Source: the human T2T-CHM13v2.0 reference genome, Homo sapiens
Assembly: GCF_009914755.1 (NCBI RefSeq)
Contig: NC_060928.1
Length of the DNA stretch: 64,000 nucleotides
Direction: 5' to 3' (one strand)
Position 1 is the first letter of the stretch. Each line of letters opens with the position of its first letter. The translations under genes were made by a program, and so were the position numbers. Below the pieces are notes generated by a model, which saw nothing but the letters and a program-made list of their open reading frames with translations, was not told the origin of the DNA and ran no database searches. Below are positions 28,600-43,514 of this stretch, one piece after another.

Positions 28600-29020
28600 G
28601 AGACCAGGTAACCATGTGGAGGAAATGGACAACTGAACAAGAAATAATATAACTCAACATTGAAATAAGTACTGTTTAAAAATAAAGCATAGAAGGAGAC
28701 AGGAAGTGCTAAGCTGGAAGGTTTTGGGGATGGAGGTTAGATATGTAGGTGTAAGAAGGCTGCCATAGGGAGGCAGCATTTGAAAAAACCTGAATGAAAT
28801 AAAGGAGTGAGCCAAATAACTGCCTAGTGGGACAGTCTGCCCAGAAGAGGGAAAGGCTAGCAGAAAAGGCCCTGAAGTGAGATGAGCTTGGCAGAGATAG
28901 TGATATTTAGGGAAAGCAAGCCATCCAGTGTGGCTAGAGAAGAATAAGCAAGTTAGGAGGTGAATCAGAAAGTTAGCAGGGGCCATATGATGTAGTGTTT
29001 CATAGGTAATGGAAAGAAAG
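28600..29020 (-). mobile_element. L2 fragment
   Basis: gaaataaaggagtgagcca, aaaggccctgaagtgaga, ccagtgtggctagag. Confidence 0.65.
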
Positions 29021-29129
29021 CACATAGAGATAAAACCTCTTATCTAAGTTGACAGACTGATACCTATTTTCTTTGACTCTAAAGCCTGTAACTCTTAATC
29101 ACATTGCTGCCCTTGACATGAACAATATA

Positions 29130-29209
29130 TTAGATTGGTGCAAAAGTTATTGTGGTTTTTGCCACTGAAAATAATGGCCAAAACTGCAATTGCTTTTGCA
29201 CCAACCTAA
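29130..29209. mobile_element. MADE1 (Hsmar1-derived 80-bp MITE)
   Basis: ttagattggtgcaaaagttattgtggtttttgcca...tggccaaaactgcaattgcttttgcaccaacctaa palindrome; TA on left flank. Confidence 0.92.
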
Positions 29210-29310
29210 ACTTTACTCATATTAAAATTCCATCAGATTTTTTGGAAGTCAAGACACACTGATGGCTTATATTGTGCCCTTGTCAGCTGAAATATTTAAA
29301 TGTGTTTTTT

Positions 29311-30070
29311 AATTTTTTTATTATGCTTTAAGTTTTAGGGTACATATGCACAACGTGCAGGTTTGTTACATATGTATGCATGTGCCATGTTGGTGTGCTG
29401 CACCCATTAACTCTTCATTTAACATTAGGTATATCTCCTAATGCTATCCCTCCCCCCTCCCCCACCCCACAACAGGCCCCAGTGTGTGATGTTCCCCTTC
29501 CTGTGTCCATGTGTTCTCTTTATTCAATTCCCACCTATGAGTGAGAACAGGCGGTGTTTGGTTTTTTGTCCTTGTGATAGTTTGCTGAGAATGATGGTTT
29601 CCAGCTTCATCCATGTCCCTACAAAGGACATGAACTCATCATTTTTTATGGCTGCATAGTATTCCATGGTGTATATGTGCCACATTTTCTTAATCCAGTC
29701 TATCATTGTTGGACATTCGGGTTGGTCACAAGTCTTTGCTATTGTGAATCGTGCTGCAATAAACATACATGTGCCTGTGTCTTTATAGCAGCATGTTTTA
29801 TAATCCTTTGGGTATATACCCAGTAATGGGATGGCTGGGTCAAATGGTATTTCTAGTTCTAGATCCCTGAAGAATCGCCACACTGACTTCCACAATGGTT
29901 GAACTAGTTGACAGTCCCACCAACAGTGTAAAAGTGTTCCTATTTCTCCACATCCTCTCCAGCACCTGTTGTTTCCTGACTTTTTAGTGGTCGCCATTCT
30001 AACTGGTGTGAGATGATATCTCATTGTGGTTTTTATTTGCATTTCTCTGATGGCCAGTGATGATGAGCAT
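29311..30070 (-). mobile_element. Younger L1PA (PA3-5-like) 5'-truncated copy
   Basis: ORF 29524-30042 is the ORF2p C-terminus ([17 protein letters not shown]...CWWDC...FSLIGGN); L1PA 3'UTR. Confidence 0.95.
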
Positions 30071-30790
30071 TTAATTATACTTTAAGTTCTAGGGTACATG
30101 TGCACAACGTGCAGGTTTGTTACATAGGTATACATGTGCCATGTTGGTTTGCGGCACCCATCAACTCTTCATTTACTTTAGGTATTTCTCCTAATGCTAC
30201 CCCTCCCCCAGCCCCCCACCCCCCAATAGGCCCCAGTGTGTGATGTTCCCCTCCCTGTGTCCATGTGTTCTCATTGTTCAACTCCCATTTATGAGTGAGA
30301 ACATATGGTGTTTGGTTTTCTGTCCTTGTAATATTTTGCTGAGAGTGATGGTTTCCAGCTTCATATATGTCCCTGCAAAGGACATGAACTCATCCTTTTT
30401 ATGGCTGCATAGTATTCCATGGTGTACATGTGCCACGTTTTCTTTATCCAGTCTATTATTGATGGACATTTGGGTTGGTTCCAAGTCTTTGCTATTGTGA
30501 ATAGTGCCGCAATAAACATGCGTGTGCATGTGTCTTTACGGTAGAATGATTTATAATCCTTAGGGTATATACCCAGTAATGGGATTCCTGAGTCAAGTGG
30601 TACTTCTAGTTCTAGATCCTTGAGGAATCACCACACTGTGGACAGTGGTTGAACGAATTTGCACTCCCACCAACAGTGTAAAAGCACTCCTAATTCTCCA
30701 CATCCTCTCCAGCATCTGTGGTTTCCTGACCTTTTAAGGATTGCCATTCTAACTGGTGAGAGGTGGTATCTCATTGTGGTTTTGATTTGG
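30071..30790 (-). mobile_element. Older L1PA (PA6/7-like) 5'-truncated copy
   Basis: Second L1PA 3' end with different diagnostic bases (actcccatttatgag, cctgcaaaggac); ttaa(a/c)tgtgtttttt TSD at 29296-29310 and 30792-30806. Confidence 0.93.
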
Positions 30791-31869
30791 ATTAACTGTG
30801 TTTTTTTATGGGAACTCTTGCTAACTTGGTTCTAATTCCTCTTGTATATCTGTAACTGATTTTGGAAGAGGTTTATACGTATTATAGTTCATCTTGCTCA
30901 ATTATTCCTCTCAGCTGTGTGTATTCTGATAAACTTGCCTGCTACATTTTCATTTCAAATCCTAATAAAAAGAGTGGACTAGAATAGAGGATAAAATAGT
31001 TTGTTCTGACTGCTACAAATACCTGCAGGCTTGCATGAGTTCATTAAATTATCTCTAAGATACACTTGTACAACAAGTTATGAACCTACTTTTAACTTTT
31101 AAAAGTTAATCCACAAGTTTATTAAGGAAGATTTGTCTAAGGTTCTATATAATTCACATTAATTTCTAACCTAGTACATTTATCAGAAAAAGAAAATCGG
31201 AAATTAGTTTAGCATATATTTATCAAACACAGGAAGACTACTAATTTTTACTATCTATGTTTCTAAGATGTTAATCTTCTTAATCATGTGTCCTAATTTT
31301 TTGCCATGGATATTATACTTACTCAACTGTAGATTATAGTTATTATCTGTTTGAAAAATGAATCAACATTTATCTATCTTATGACTTATGGAGCCCATAC
31401 TAATTAATACAAATTCCTGAAATATTACTGACAGTGATCCTGTGACTTTATCTCTAAACAAAATGTGTTTGGACCTAAGATATCAACTCTGTTACAGTAG
31501 TGAGATTCAGTCTCACTATCTCTCTAGTACCTTGAAACCATTTTGGTCTACTATTAGTATGTTGAAGAAAATTACCACTATGAATGGATAATATATACAA
31601 AAAATAAAAAGGAATTGGAACTTTACCCAATTACTTTTTCTTTTCATCATGACATCATCTGCCATAAACTGAGCCTCATCCCTCTTTGTTCTCTTGACTG
31701 CAAACCTGGTTATAAAAGCCTTTTTTTCTTTAGCTTTTATCCCAATTCTCATTACACTTTGGATTTAACCCTCTTGATACTATTCGTAGAAGCTTGAATC
31801 TTCTTTTCCCTCTGTCCTTAATTAAATTGTCCATTTATCTCTTTTTTCTGCACATAAATTTTTTTATTT

Positions 31870-32012
31870 TTTTAAATTTTTGGTTACAGATATATAATAA
31901 ATGTACATGTTTATGGGGTACTTGTGATATTCTGACACAAGATATAATGTGTAATGATGAAATCAGGGCAATTGGTGAAGCCATCACCTCAAGCATTTAT
32001 CATTTCTTTGGT
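31870..32012 (-). mobile_element. L1MA-type 3' end fragment
   Basis: tgtacatgtttatggggtac...aatgtgtaatgatgaaatcagggcaattgg...catcacctcaagcatttatcatttctttg. Confidence 0.8.
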
Positions 32013-32043
32013 ACAAACAGACACACATACATATTTTCCAAAT

Positions 32044-32185
32044 TAGAGATAGGAGTCTCACTCTGACACCCAGGCTGGAGTGCAGTGATGCAATCCTAGC
32101 TTACTCTAACCTCAATCTCCTGAGCCCAAGCAATCCTCCTGCCTCAGCCTCAGTTATGACTGCAGGTATATGACCCCATGGCTGG
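32044..32185 (-). mobile_element. AluJ right arm (first half of a split Alu)
   Basis: gagtctcactctgacacccaggctggagtgcagtg...gcccaagcaatcctcctgcctcagcctc. Confidence 0.85.
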
Positions 32186-32229
32186 TGAGTTAGGCCATTC
32201 TTACATTACCAGAAAGAAATACCTGAGAC
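32186..32229 (-). mobile_element. MSTA-type MaLR LTR, 3' terminal part (split by the L1)
   Basis: tgagttaggccattcttacattacc...aaagaaatacctgagac is the antisense MST LTR end; continues at 37685. Confidence 0.8.
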
Positions 32230-33571
32230 GGGAGGTGGCTGGCAAGATGGCTGAATAGGAACAGCTCTGGTCTTCAGCTCCCAGCAAAATCAATGCAGAA
32301 GGCGGGTGACTTCTGCATTTCCAACTGAGGTACTCGGCTCATATCATTGGGACTGGTTAGACAGTGGGTCTAGCGTACAGAGTGCAAGCTGAAGCAGGGT
32401 TGGGCATCACCTCACCCAGGAAACACAAGAGATCGGAGAACTCCCTCACCTAGCCAAGGGAAGCTTTGAGGGACTGTGCCATAAAGAACGGTGCACTGTG
32501 GCCCAGATACTATGCTTTTCCCACGGTCTTCGCAACCTGCAGACCAGGAGATTCCCTCGGGTGCCTACACCACCAGGGCCCTGGGTTTCAAGCACAAAAC
32601 TGGGTGGCCACTTGGGCAGATACCAAGCTAGCTTCAGGACTTTTTTTTCATACCCCAGTGGCAACTGGAATGCCAGCGAGACAGAACCTTTCCATCCCCT
32701 GGAAAGGGGGCTGAAGCCAGGGAGCCAAGTGGTCTAGCTCAGTGGATCCCACTCCCATGGAGCCCAGCAAGCTGAGATCCACTGGCTTGAAATTCTTGCT
32801 GCCAGCACAGAAGTCTCAAGTCGACCTGGGATGCTCGAGCTTGGTGCGGGGAAGGGAGTCTGCCATTACTGAGGCTTGAGTAGGGGGTTTTCCCCTCACA
32901 GTGTAAACAAAGCTTCCTGGAAGTTCGAACTGGGCGGAGCCCACCACAGCTCCTCAAAGGTGCTATAGCCAGACTGCCTCTCCAGATTCCTCCTCTTGGG
33001 CAGGGCATCTGAAAGAAAGGCAGCAACCCCAGTCAGGGGCTTATAGATAAAACTCCCATCTCCCTGGGACAGAGCACCTGGGGGAAGGGGCGGCTGTGAA
33101 GTCAGCTTCAGCAGACGTAAATGTTCCTGCCTGCTGGCTCTGAAGACAGCAACAGATCTCCCAGCACAGCGCTCGAGCTCTGCTAAGGGACAGACTTCCT
33201 CCTCAAGTGGGTCCCTGACCCTTGTGCCTCCTGCCTGGGAGACACCTCCCAGCAGGGATTGACAGACACCTCGTATAGGAGCACTCCACCTGGCATCTGG
33301 CAGGTGTCCCTCTGGGACAAAGCTTCCAGAGGAAGGAACAGGCAGCAGTCTTTGCTGTTCTGCAGCCTCCACTGGTGATACCCAGGCAAACGGAGTCTGG
33401 AGTGGACCTCCAGCAAACTCCAGCAGACCTGCAGCAGAAGGGCCTGACTGTTAGAAGGAAAACTAACAAACAGAAAAGAATAGCATCAACATCAACAAAA
33501 AGGATGTCCACACAAAATCCCCATCTGAAGGTCACCAGCATCAAAGACCAAAGGTAGTTAAGTCCACTAAG

Positions 33572-34577
33572 ATGAGGAAAAACCAGCATGAAAAGGCTGA
33601 AAATTTCAAAAACCAGAATGCCTCTTCTCCTCCAAAGGATCACAACTCCTCGCCAGCAAGGGAACAAAACTAGATGGAGAATGAGTCTGACAAATTGATA
33701 GAAGTAGGCTTCAGAAAGTGGGTAATAAATTCACCTGAGCTGAAGGAACATGTTCTAACCCAATGCAAGGAAACTAAGAACGTTGAGTAAACGTTAGAGG
33801 AATTGCTAACCAGAATAACCAGTTTAGAGAAGAACATAAATTACCTGATGGAGCTGCAAAACACATCATGAAAACTTTGTGCAGCATACACAAGTATCAA
33901 TAGCTGAATCAATCAAACAGAAGAAAAGATATCAGAGATTGAAGATCAACTTAATGAAATAAGTGTGAAGACAAGATTAGAGAAAAAAGGAATAAAAAGG
34001 AAGCCTCCAAGAAATATGGGACTATGTGAAAAGACCAAACCTACGTTTGACTGGTGTACCTCAATGTGACAGGGAGAATGGAACCAAGTTGAAAAACACT
34101 CTTTAGGATATTATCCAGAACTTCCCCAACCTAGCAAGAGAGGCCAACATTCAAATTCAGGAAATATAGAGAACACCACAATGATACGCCTCGAGAAAAA
34201 CAACCCCAAGACACATACTCATGAGATCCACCAAGGTAGAAGGACAAACTGTTAAGGGCAGCCAGAGAGAAAGGTTGGGTTACCCACAAAGGGAAGCCCA
34301 TCAGACTAACAGCAGATCTCTCTGCAGAAATCCTACCAGCCAGAAGAGAGTGGGGGCCAATATTTAACATTGTTAAAGAAAAGAATTTCAACCCAGAACT
34401 TCATATCCAGCCAAACTAAGCTTCATCAGCGAAGAAGAAATAAAATTTTTTACAGACAAGCAAATGCTGAGGGATTTTGTCACAGCCAGGCCTGCCTTAC
34501 AAGAGCTCCTGAAGGAAGCACTACATATGGAGAGGAAAAAACGGTACCAGCCACTGCAAAAACATACCAAATTGTAA
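33572..34577 (+). pseudogene. L1 ORF1 remnant (stops and frameshifts)
   Basis: Recognisable ORF1 nucleotide sequence (gaaatatgggactatgtgaaaagaccaaacc, cagcagatctctctgcagaaa) with no continuous ORF. Confidence 0.85.
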
Positions 34578-34640
34578 AGACCATCGACACTATGAAGAAA
34601 CTGCATCAACTAACAGGCAAAGTAACCAGCTAGCATCATA

Positions 34641-37450
<2,810 letters not shown>

Positions 37451-37644
37451 GCAATGAAAACACATGGACACAGGGAGGGGAACATCACACACTGGGGCCT
37501 GTCAGAAGGTGGGGGGCTAGGGGATGGATAGCATTAGGAGAACTATCTAATGCAGATGATGGGTTGATGGGTGCAGCAAACCGCCATGGCAAGTGTGTAC
37601 CTACGTAACAAACCTGCATGTTCTACGCATGTATTCCAGAACTT

Positions 37645-37684
<40 letters not shown>

Positions 37685-37685
<1 letters not shown>

Positions 37686-38063
37686 AGAAAGAAATACCTA
37701 AGACTGAGTGATTTATAAAGGAAAGAGGTTTAATTGGCTCATGGTTCTGCAGGCTATACAAACATGGCACTCACAACTGCTTATCTTCTGGGGAGCTTCA
37801 GGGAGCTTTTACTCGTGGTAGAAGGAGAAGAGAAAGCAGGCACATCACATGGTGGAAGCTGGAGCAAGTGTGGCGGGGAGCTGCCACACACTTTTAAACA
37901 ACCAGATCTCATGTGAACTCACTCATCACCAAGAGGATGGTGCTAGCTAAGCCATTCATGAGGGAAAAGCCCATGATCCAAACACCTCCGACCAGGCCCC
38001 ACCTTAAACACTGGGGATAATATTTTATTGTGATTTGGTGGGACACAGATCCAAACCCTAGCA
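37685..38063 (-). mobile_element. MSTA-type MaLR LTR, remaining part
   Basis: gaaagaggtttaattggctcatggttctgcaggct...cttttaaacaaccagatctc...cagatccaaaccctagca; 5-bp TSD gctgg (32181-32185) / cctgg (38064-38068). Confidence 0.9.
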
Positions 38064-38213
38064 CCTGGCTAATGTTTTTATTTTTATTTATGTAGAGACA
38101 GGATTTTGCTGGGTTTCCCAGGCTGGTCTCAGATTCCTGGCCTCAAGCAGTCCTCCCAACTTGGCCTCCCAAAGTACTGAGATTACAGGCATGAGCCATA
38201 GGGATGCCTAGCC
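38064..38213 (-). mobile_element. AluJ left arm (second half of the split Alu)
   Basis: cctggctaatgtttt...gtagagacagg...ctggcctcaagcagtcctccc...gattacaggcatgagcc. Confidence 0.85.
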
Positions 38214-38464
38214 TACCTATATATTTTATACAGACATCATGGATCATTCTATGCAATAAAATTGTTTTCTTTAGATATTTTACCCACGGTTTCTATTTTT
38301 AATTTCAATGCTTTTGTGTTTGTATTTTAGCAATAAATATTTTTATTTAATATTTATTTGATAAATATTTATTTCTCTTGAGTGAGCTTCCTTCATATGG
38401 TTATGACCTTACATTTATACTTAGGTTTTCTCTGAGCATTTAAATATATCCTTTTTGGTGTTTA

Positions 38465-38675
38465 TTTTTTAAATGATATGATGTTTGAGATTTACTTCAA
38501 AATAACCTGCAACAGGCAGTAGGGGGAGTCAGATAATGGAATGGACAAAATAATATTGGTTATCGGTTGCTGATTGTTGGAGATGAGTATAATGAGTGCA
38601 TGCTAGCTCATTATATTGCTTTCTCCATTTATACGTAAGTTTGAAATTTTCCTCAATGAAAAATTAAAAATAAAA
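38465..38675 (+). mobile_element. L1ME-type 3' end
   Basis: gatgtttgagatttacttcaaaataa...tttgaaattttcctcaatgaaaaatt. Confidence 0.65.
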
Positions 38676-38767
38676 GAGATTGTATGTTAGTACCAGCTTT
38701 TTAGAGAGTACTAACAGAGCCCTAATAATGCACACCACCAATTTTTCTTAAATTGTGTTTATCATAA

Positions 38768-40445
38768 TTTTAAAAGCTTTTAATTCTCAGGGTAGTTTTA
38801 GGTTTACGGCAAAATTGAAAGGAAGGTATAGAGATTTTCCGTATACCATTTGCCCCTAAACATGTATAGCCTCCCTTATTATTAACATCCCCCATCAAAA
38901 TGGTATATTTGTCGTAATTAATGCATCTACAATGGCACATCATTATCGTCCAAAGTCCACAGTTCATGTTAGGGTTCACTCTTGGTGTTGTACATTCTGA
39001 CTTTGGACAAATATATGACATGTATCCACTGTTATACTACCATACAGAATTGTTTCACTGCTCTAAAAATCCTCTGCACTTCACCTACTTACTCCCTATC
39101 CCCTAAACCCTGGCAACCACTGATCTTATTACTGCTTCCATACTTTTGTCTTTCCCAGAATATCATGCAATTAGAGTCACAGAATTTAGCCTCTTGGGAT
39201 TGGCTTCTTTCACTTAGTAATATGCATCTAAGTTTCCTCCATGTCTTTTCATAACTTGATAGCTCATTTTTTAAGCTCTGAATAATGTTCCATTATCTGG
39301 ATGTACAACAGTTTATTTATCTATTAGCCTACTGAAGTACATCTTGGTTGCTTCCAAGTTTTGGAAATTATGAATAAAGCTGGTATAAACATTCATGTGC
39401 AAGCTTTTGTACAGACACGAGTTTTCAACTCCTCTGGGTAAACACCAAGGAGTGCAATTGCTGAATCATATGGTAACAATATGTTTAGTAAGACACCACC
39501 AAACTGTCTTCCAACATAATTGTACTATTTTGCATTTCCACCAGCCATGAATGAGTGTCTAGTGCTTTAAATTCTCATCAGCATTTGGTTTTGTCAGAGT
39601 TTTTTTTTTTATTTTGGCCATTCTAATAGTGTGTAGTGATAGCTCATTATTGTTTTAATTTGCATTTCCCTGATGATATACGATGTGGAGCATCATATAA
39701 TAATAATAAGATGTCATATGCCTACTTACCATCTATATATCTTTTTTGGTGAGGTATCTGGTAAGGTCTTTGGCCCATTTTTTTAATCAGGTCATTAATT
39801 TTCTTAGCATTGAATTTTAAGTTCTTTCTATATTTTGGATAACAGTCTTTATCAGATGTGTCTTTTGCAAATATTTTTCCAAGGCTGTGGCTTACATTTT
39901 TATCCCCTTGAAAGTGTCTTTTATAGAGCAGAAGCTTTTAATTTTAATGAAGTCCAGTTTATCAATTTTTTGGATTATGCCTTTGGTAGCATATCTAAAA
40001 AGTCATGGCAAAAGCCAAGGTCATCTAGATTTTCTCCTATGTCATCTTCTAGGACTTTTATAGTGTGTGTTTTGCATTTAGGTCTGTGATCCATTATGAG
40101 TTAAATTTTGTGAAGGGAGCAAGGTTACTACCTAGATTTCTTTTTTTCTCTGTGCATGTCCAGCTGTTCTAGCACCATTTGTTGAAAAGACTATCTTTTC
40201 TCTATTGTATTGCCTTTGCTCCTTTGTCAAAGATCAAATTACTATATTTATGTGAGTCTATATCTGGGCTCTCTATTCTGTTCTATTGATCTCTCTGTGC
40301 GTTCTTTTGCCAGTACCACACTTCCTAGATTGCTGTAGCTTTATGGTAAGTCTTAAAGTCAAATTGTATCCTATGGTAGCTTTATTGTAAGCCTTCAAGT
40401 CAGGTAATGTCAGTTTTCCAACTTTATTCTTCTTCAGTATTGTGC
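38768..40445 (-). mobile_element. L1MC1/2-type 3' portion
   Basis: gttttaggtttacggcaaaattgaaaggaaggtatagagattttcc 3'UTR; antisense ORF2 (gcaccatttgttgaaaagact, cctttgtcaaagatca). Confidence 0.88.
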
Positions 40446-42649
40446 AGGATAGTTTTATAGCAGTGAAAAATGCAAATAATGTAAATGTCCAACCATTTGT
40501 TCATGACTAGTGAAATAAAATTTGGTGGTTATGATGAAATACACTGAATTATTAAAAGCAAACTGTCAGTCTTAGGTAAGTAAATGCAAGTTTCTAAATC
40601 TATATTTTAAAAAGCACCATTTATATCCCTATCTGTCTAAACATCTGTTGAGTTTTTTAAAACGTCATTGTTTCCATTTATAATATCCTTTATATTTTCT
40701 TAGCTCTCTAAATGGTGTATATCTTGTTGACCTGAACCACTGGTCCCCTCACTTAAACATGTTTCTTTCTGTTGAACGTATTGTAGCAATTCATTTTCTC
40801 ATTTTGGTCATGAGTTGTGACTATTGTCTTTTATGAAAGTAAACATTCAGTCCTAAGGACAAACTAAATAAGCTTATCTTTTCTGAATGTATCGTATAGA
40901 TTTGTACCAAAAATAAAATTGGCCCAAAAGCCCCACTGTTGAAGATATGTATCATGTAACTTTATTTCTTAAAGATTGTATTAGAGTTCCAAGAAAAAGC
41001 CTACAATTTATTATAAATTAAATGAAGCATAACAATAGTGTGTTTTTTAAAAAAATCTCATTCCCACAAAGCAAAGTCAGATCTAAAAGGAAAAGTGGCC
41101 ATGAAGTTCTCTGTAGGCTTGTTTTATTTTATCTTTTCAGTGCCTTGGTACATAGATTAGCTTAAACATTTGAAGAAATATGTGCCATGAAGAAAAGTTT
41201 TTGTTGGATTCTATGAATACATTTTTATTTATCAGATTTAGTTTGCTCACATTTACTATTTATTGTAGTGTTTCTTATGCTATCAACAAACATAGCTAAA
41301 TGTTACTACATTTTAATAGAGTAACACTGATTTCAAATCTGTAAATTAAATAATGAAAAAAATAAATGAGAAGAAAAAGATGTTAATATTAATTGAGGAA
41401 AATTTTCTGAGGTCTGCTATTGACCAAGAAAATAAATTATATGTAAAATTTTACAGTGGAAAATAAATATATAGAAACTTGGCCTCCTCAGTACTATCCT
41501 TTCAGAAATTAATAAAAAAGGTAGAAGATATTATTAAGTCAGATAAATGCCAGAGAAAGGGCTTTTTAAAAATCTATAAGTTTGAAACTGTTTCATAGAA
41601 ATATGTCAAAGTCTGAACTTCCCTGACTTGATTTTGCGTGATTGGCATTCTTCAAGGGACAAAGGGAGTTTTCTGGTGCAATCTGCCTAATGGATGTCCT
41701 TTTATTTATTTATTTATTTATTTTGTTTCATTTTCCTTTCCTATTTCTCAGATGTTCTTAGCTTGAAAGGTTTATTCCATAGGTTCAGTGGTCTTCTTTA
41801 GACCAGAAAGAACTTAGGTAAGACATGAAGTTAAGGTCGCACTGAGTGCACTTTCCAGTAGTCAACTTAGATATTTGTCAAAAGTAGTATGACATTTGGC
41901 AAGGTAATTGACAGTAGCACTGACTTTATTCTCTTAACATGTTGACAGCACACAAAAGCTCAAAATCTGCTTTTTAATAAGTGGATGGTACCCCTAGGCT
42001 AAAGAATAATGAGTGTACATTTTGGGGCATCTTCTCTTTATTTAACCTGCCATGCTGTACTTTATGTATTAGAAGTAGACACCACAGTTGTCTGGTTTGA
42101 AAATACTGGTCTTATAAGTCAGTATCCCTCTGCATAACAGAGATGAGCTAGCTTTTGCCAAAAATAAAAGCAGGGAGAGAAAGATAAAGAAGGGTTTGTG
42201 AAATTCATACAGTAGAATTTCAGGAAAATACAGCACCATATTACAAATATACGTCACTGTTTACTCAATTTATATCTGAAATAATTTGTAACTACTCACC
42301 TGATAATAGATTTTAGCATCCCACAAAAATACTTGTCAAATAAATATTCTACATTTTCAATTAGAATGAGAAAACACTTATTAAATGCATTTTACAAAAA
42401 GAAATATTATATGGCTTTTGAAATAAAGAGGAAATCTTAATATAAAACATATCTAGTTGCAATTGAACTGTCAAATTAGCTTAATTATAGAACTTTATAT
42501 AAATATTTCCTTACTAAAAGATTTTATTTCATAAATGATCTCTTAAAAGTATAACAATAGCAATAAAGATTATAAATACCTTTAAGAAGTGAGTCATTCA
42601 TTTTAAAAATCTACCACAGGTAATAAAATATTATGAAACTTAATACACC

Positions 42650-42848
42650 ACACACATGAGATTACCAGTAAAACTGAGAAAATCTGAATAACATTGGTGG
42701 ATTTCATTCATATCAATATCTTGATTGTGAATATTGCCCTATGGTTTTGCAAAATGTCACCATTGGAGAAACTAGGCAAAGTGTACAAGGTGCCTTTCTT
42801 ACCACTGCAAATGAATCTACAATTATCTATAAAAGTTTCAATAAAAAA
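42650..42848 (+). mobile_element. L1MD-type 3' end
   Basis: gtaaaactgagaaaatctgaataa...ttttgcaaaatgtcaccattgg...gaatctacaattatc. Confidence 0.7.
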
Positions 42849-43339
42849 AGGAAAAACCCTACATTTTTATGGACAGAAGTTTAAATTTTCAGGCAGGAGA
42901 ATATAATCAATCTTATTTCTGTTGCACGAAAAAACCTATTGTATTAAAAAATAAAAGAAAATACATTCTAAATGCAAACATAATTTAAGAACGAATCAAT
43001 CTCTAATAAAGTCAATAGAGAAATGCAATGAGTAAGCAAATTATTCCATAAAAAGTATGGTTCACATGCAGAAAAGAAGAAAAATCTTTTTAAGCAAATA
43101 GTTATTCCTTCTTTAAATCCTAGCATACGTCTAACCTCTTTCTTCATTCTCATTCTCCAGGTTTAAATCTAAGCTTTCTTCGCATTTAGAGTCTAAAAAT
43201 TCTTAGGAATCAGTTTATCTCTGAAGAGTTATATATAGCATCAAGGAAAAGATACAGTTTCACACAATCACGCACATGCACATTATCTTGCCCTTTTTAG
43301 AACTGATAGTATAATTTAGAGGCACTATATTAGAGTATG

Positions 43340-43460
43340 AAAACTTTGGTGGCTTAACCCAACAAAGGTTTATTTGACACTCATCTGAAAGTTCAATGCA
43401 GTGGTGGGGGATTTGCTCCACACAGTCATTCAGGGAACAAGGATTTTTTCTGCGGGTGAT
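43340..43460 (-). mobile_element. MLT1-type MaLR LTR fragment
   Basis: gtggcttaacccaacaaaggtttatt...ctccacacagtcattcaggga. Confidence 0.55.
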
Positions 43461-43514
43461 TTATCATTTTTCTAAGACGTCAATGTCCTCTACCATATTT
43501 CTACACCTGACTGG

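Noticed and set aside
29524-30042. 172-aa ORF with Cys/His motif
   Set aside because: It is the C-terminus of L1 ORF2p in a 5'-truncated copy, not a host gene
32230-33500. GC-richer segment as a possible gene promoter or CpG island
   Set aside because: It is the L1 5'UTR and most CpGs have decayed; no host CpG island is visible
32446-33667. Cluster of 70-158 aa ORFs on both strands
   Set aside because: All lie in the GC-rich L1PA7 5'UTR or ORF1 start, where such ORFs are common; no evidence of independent coding function
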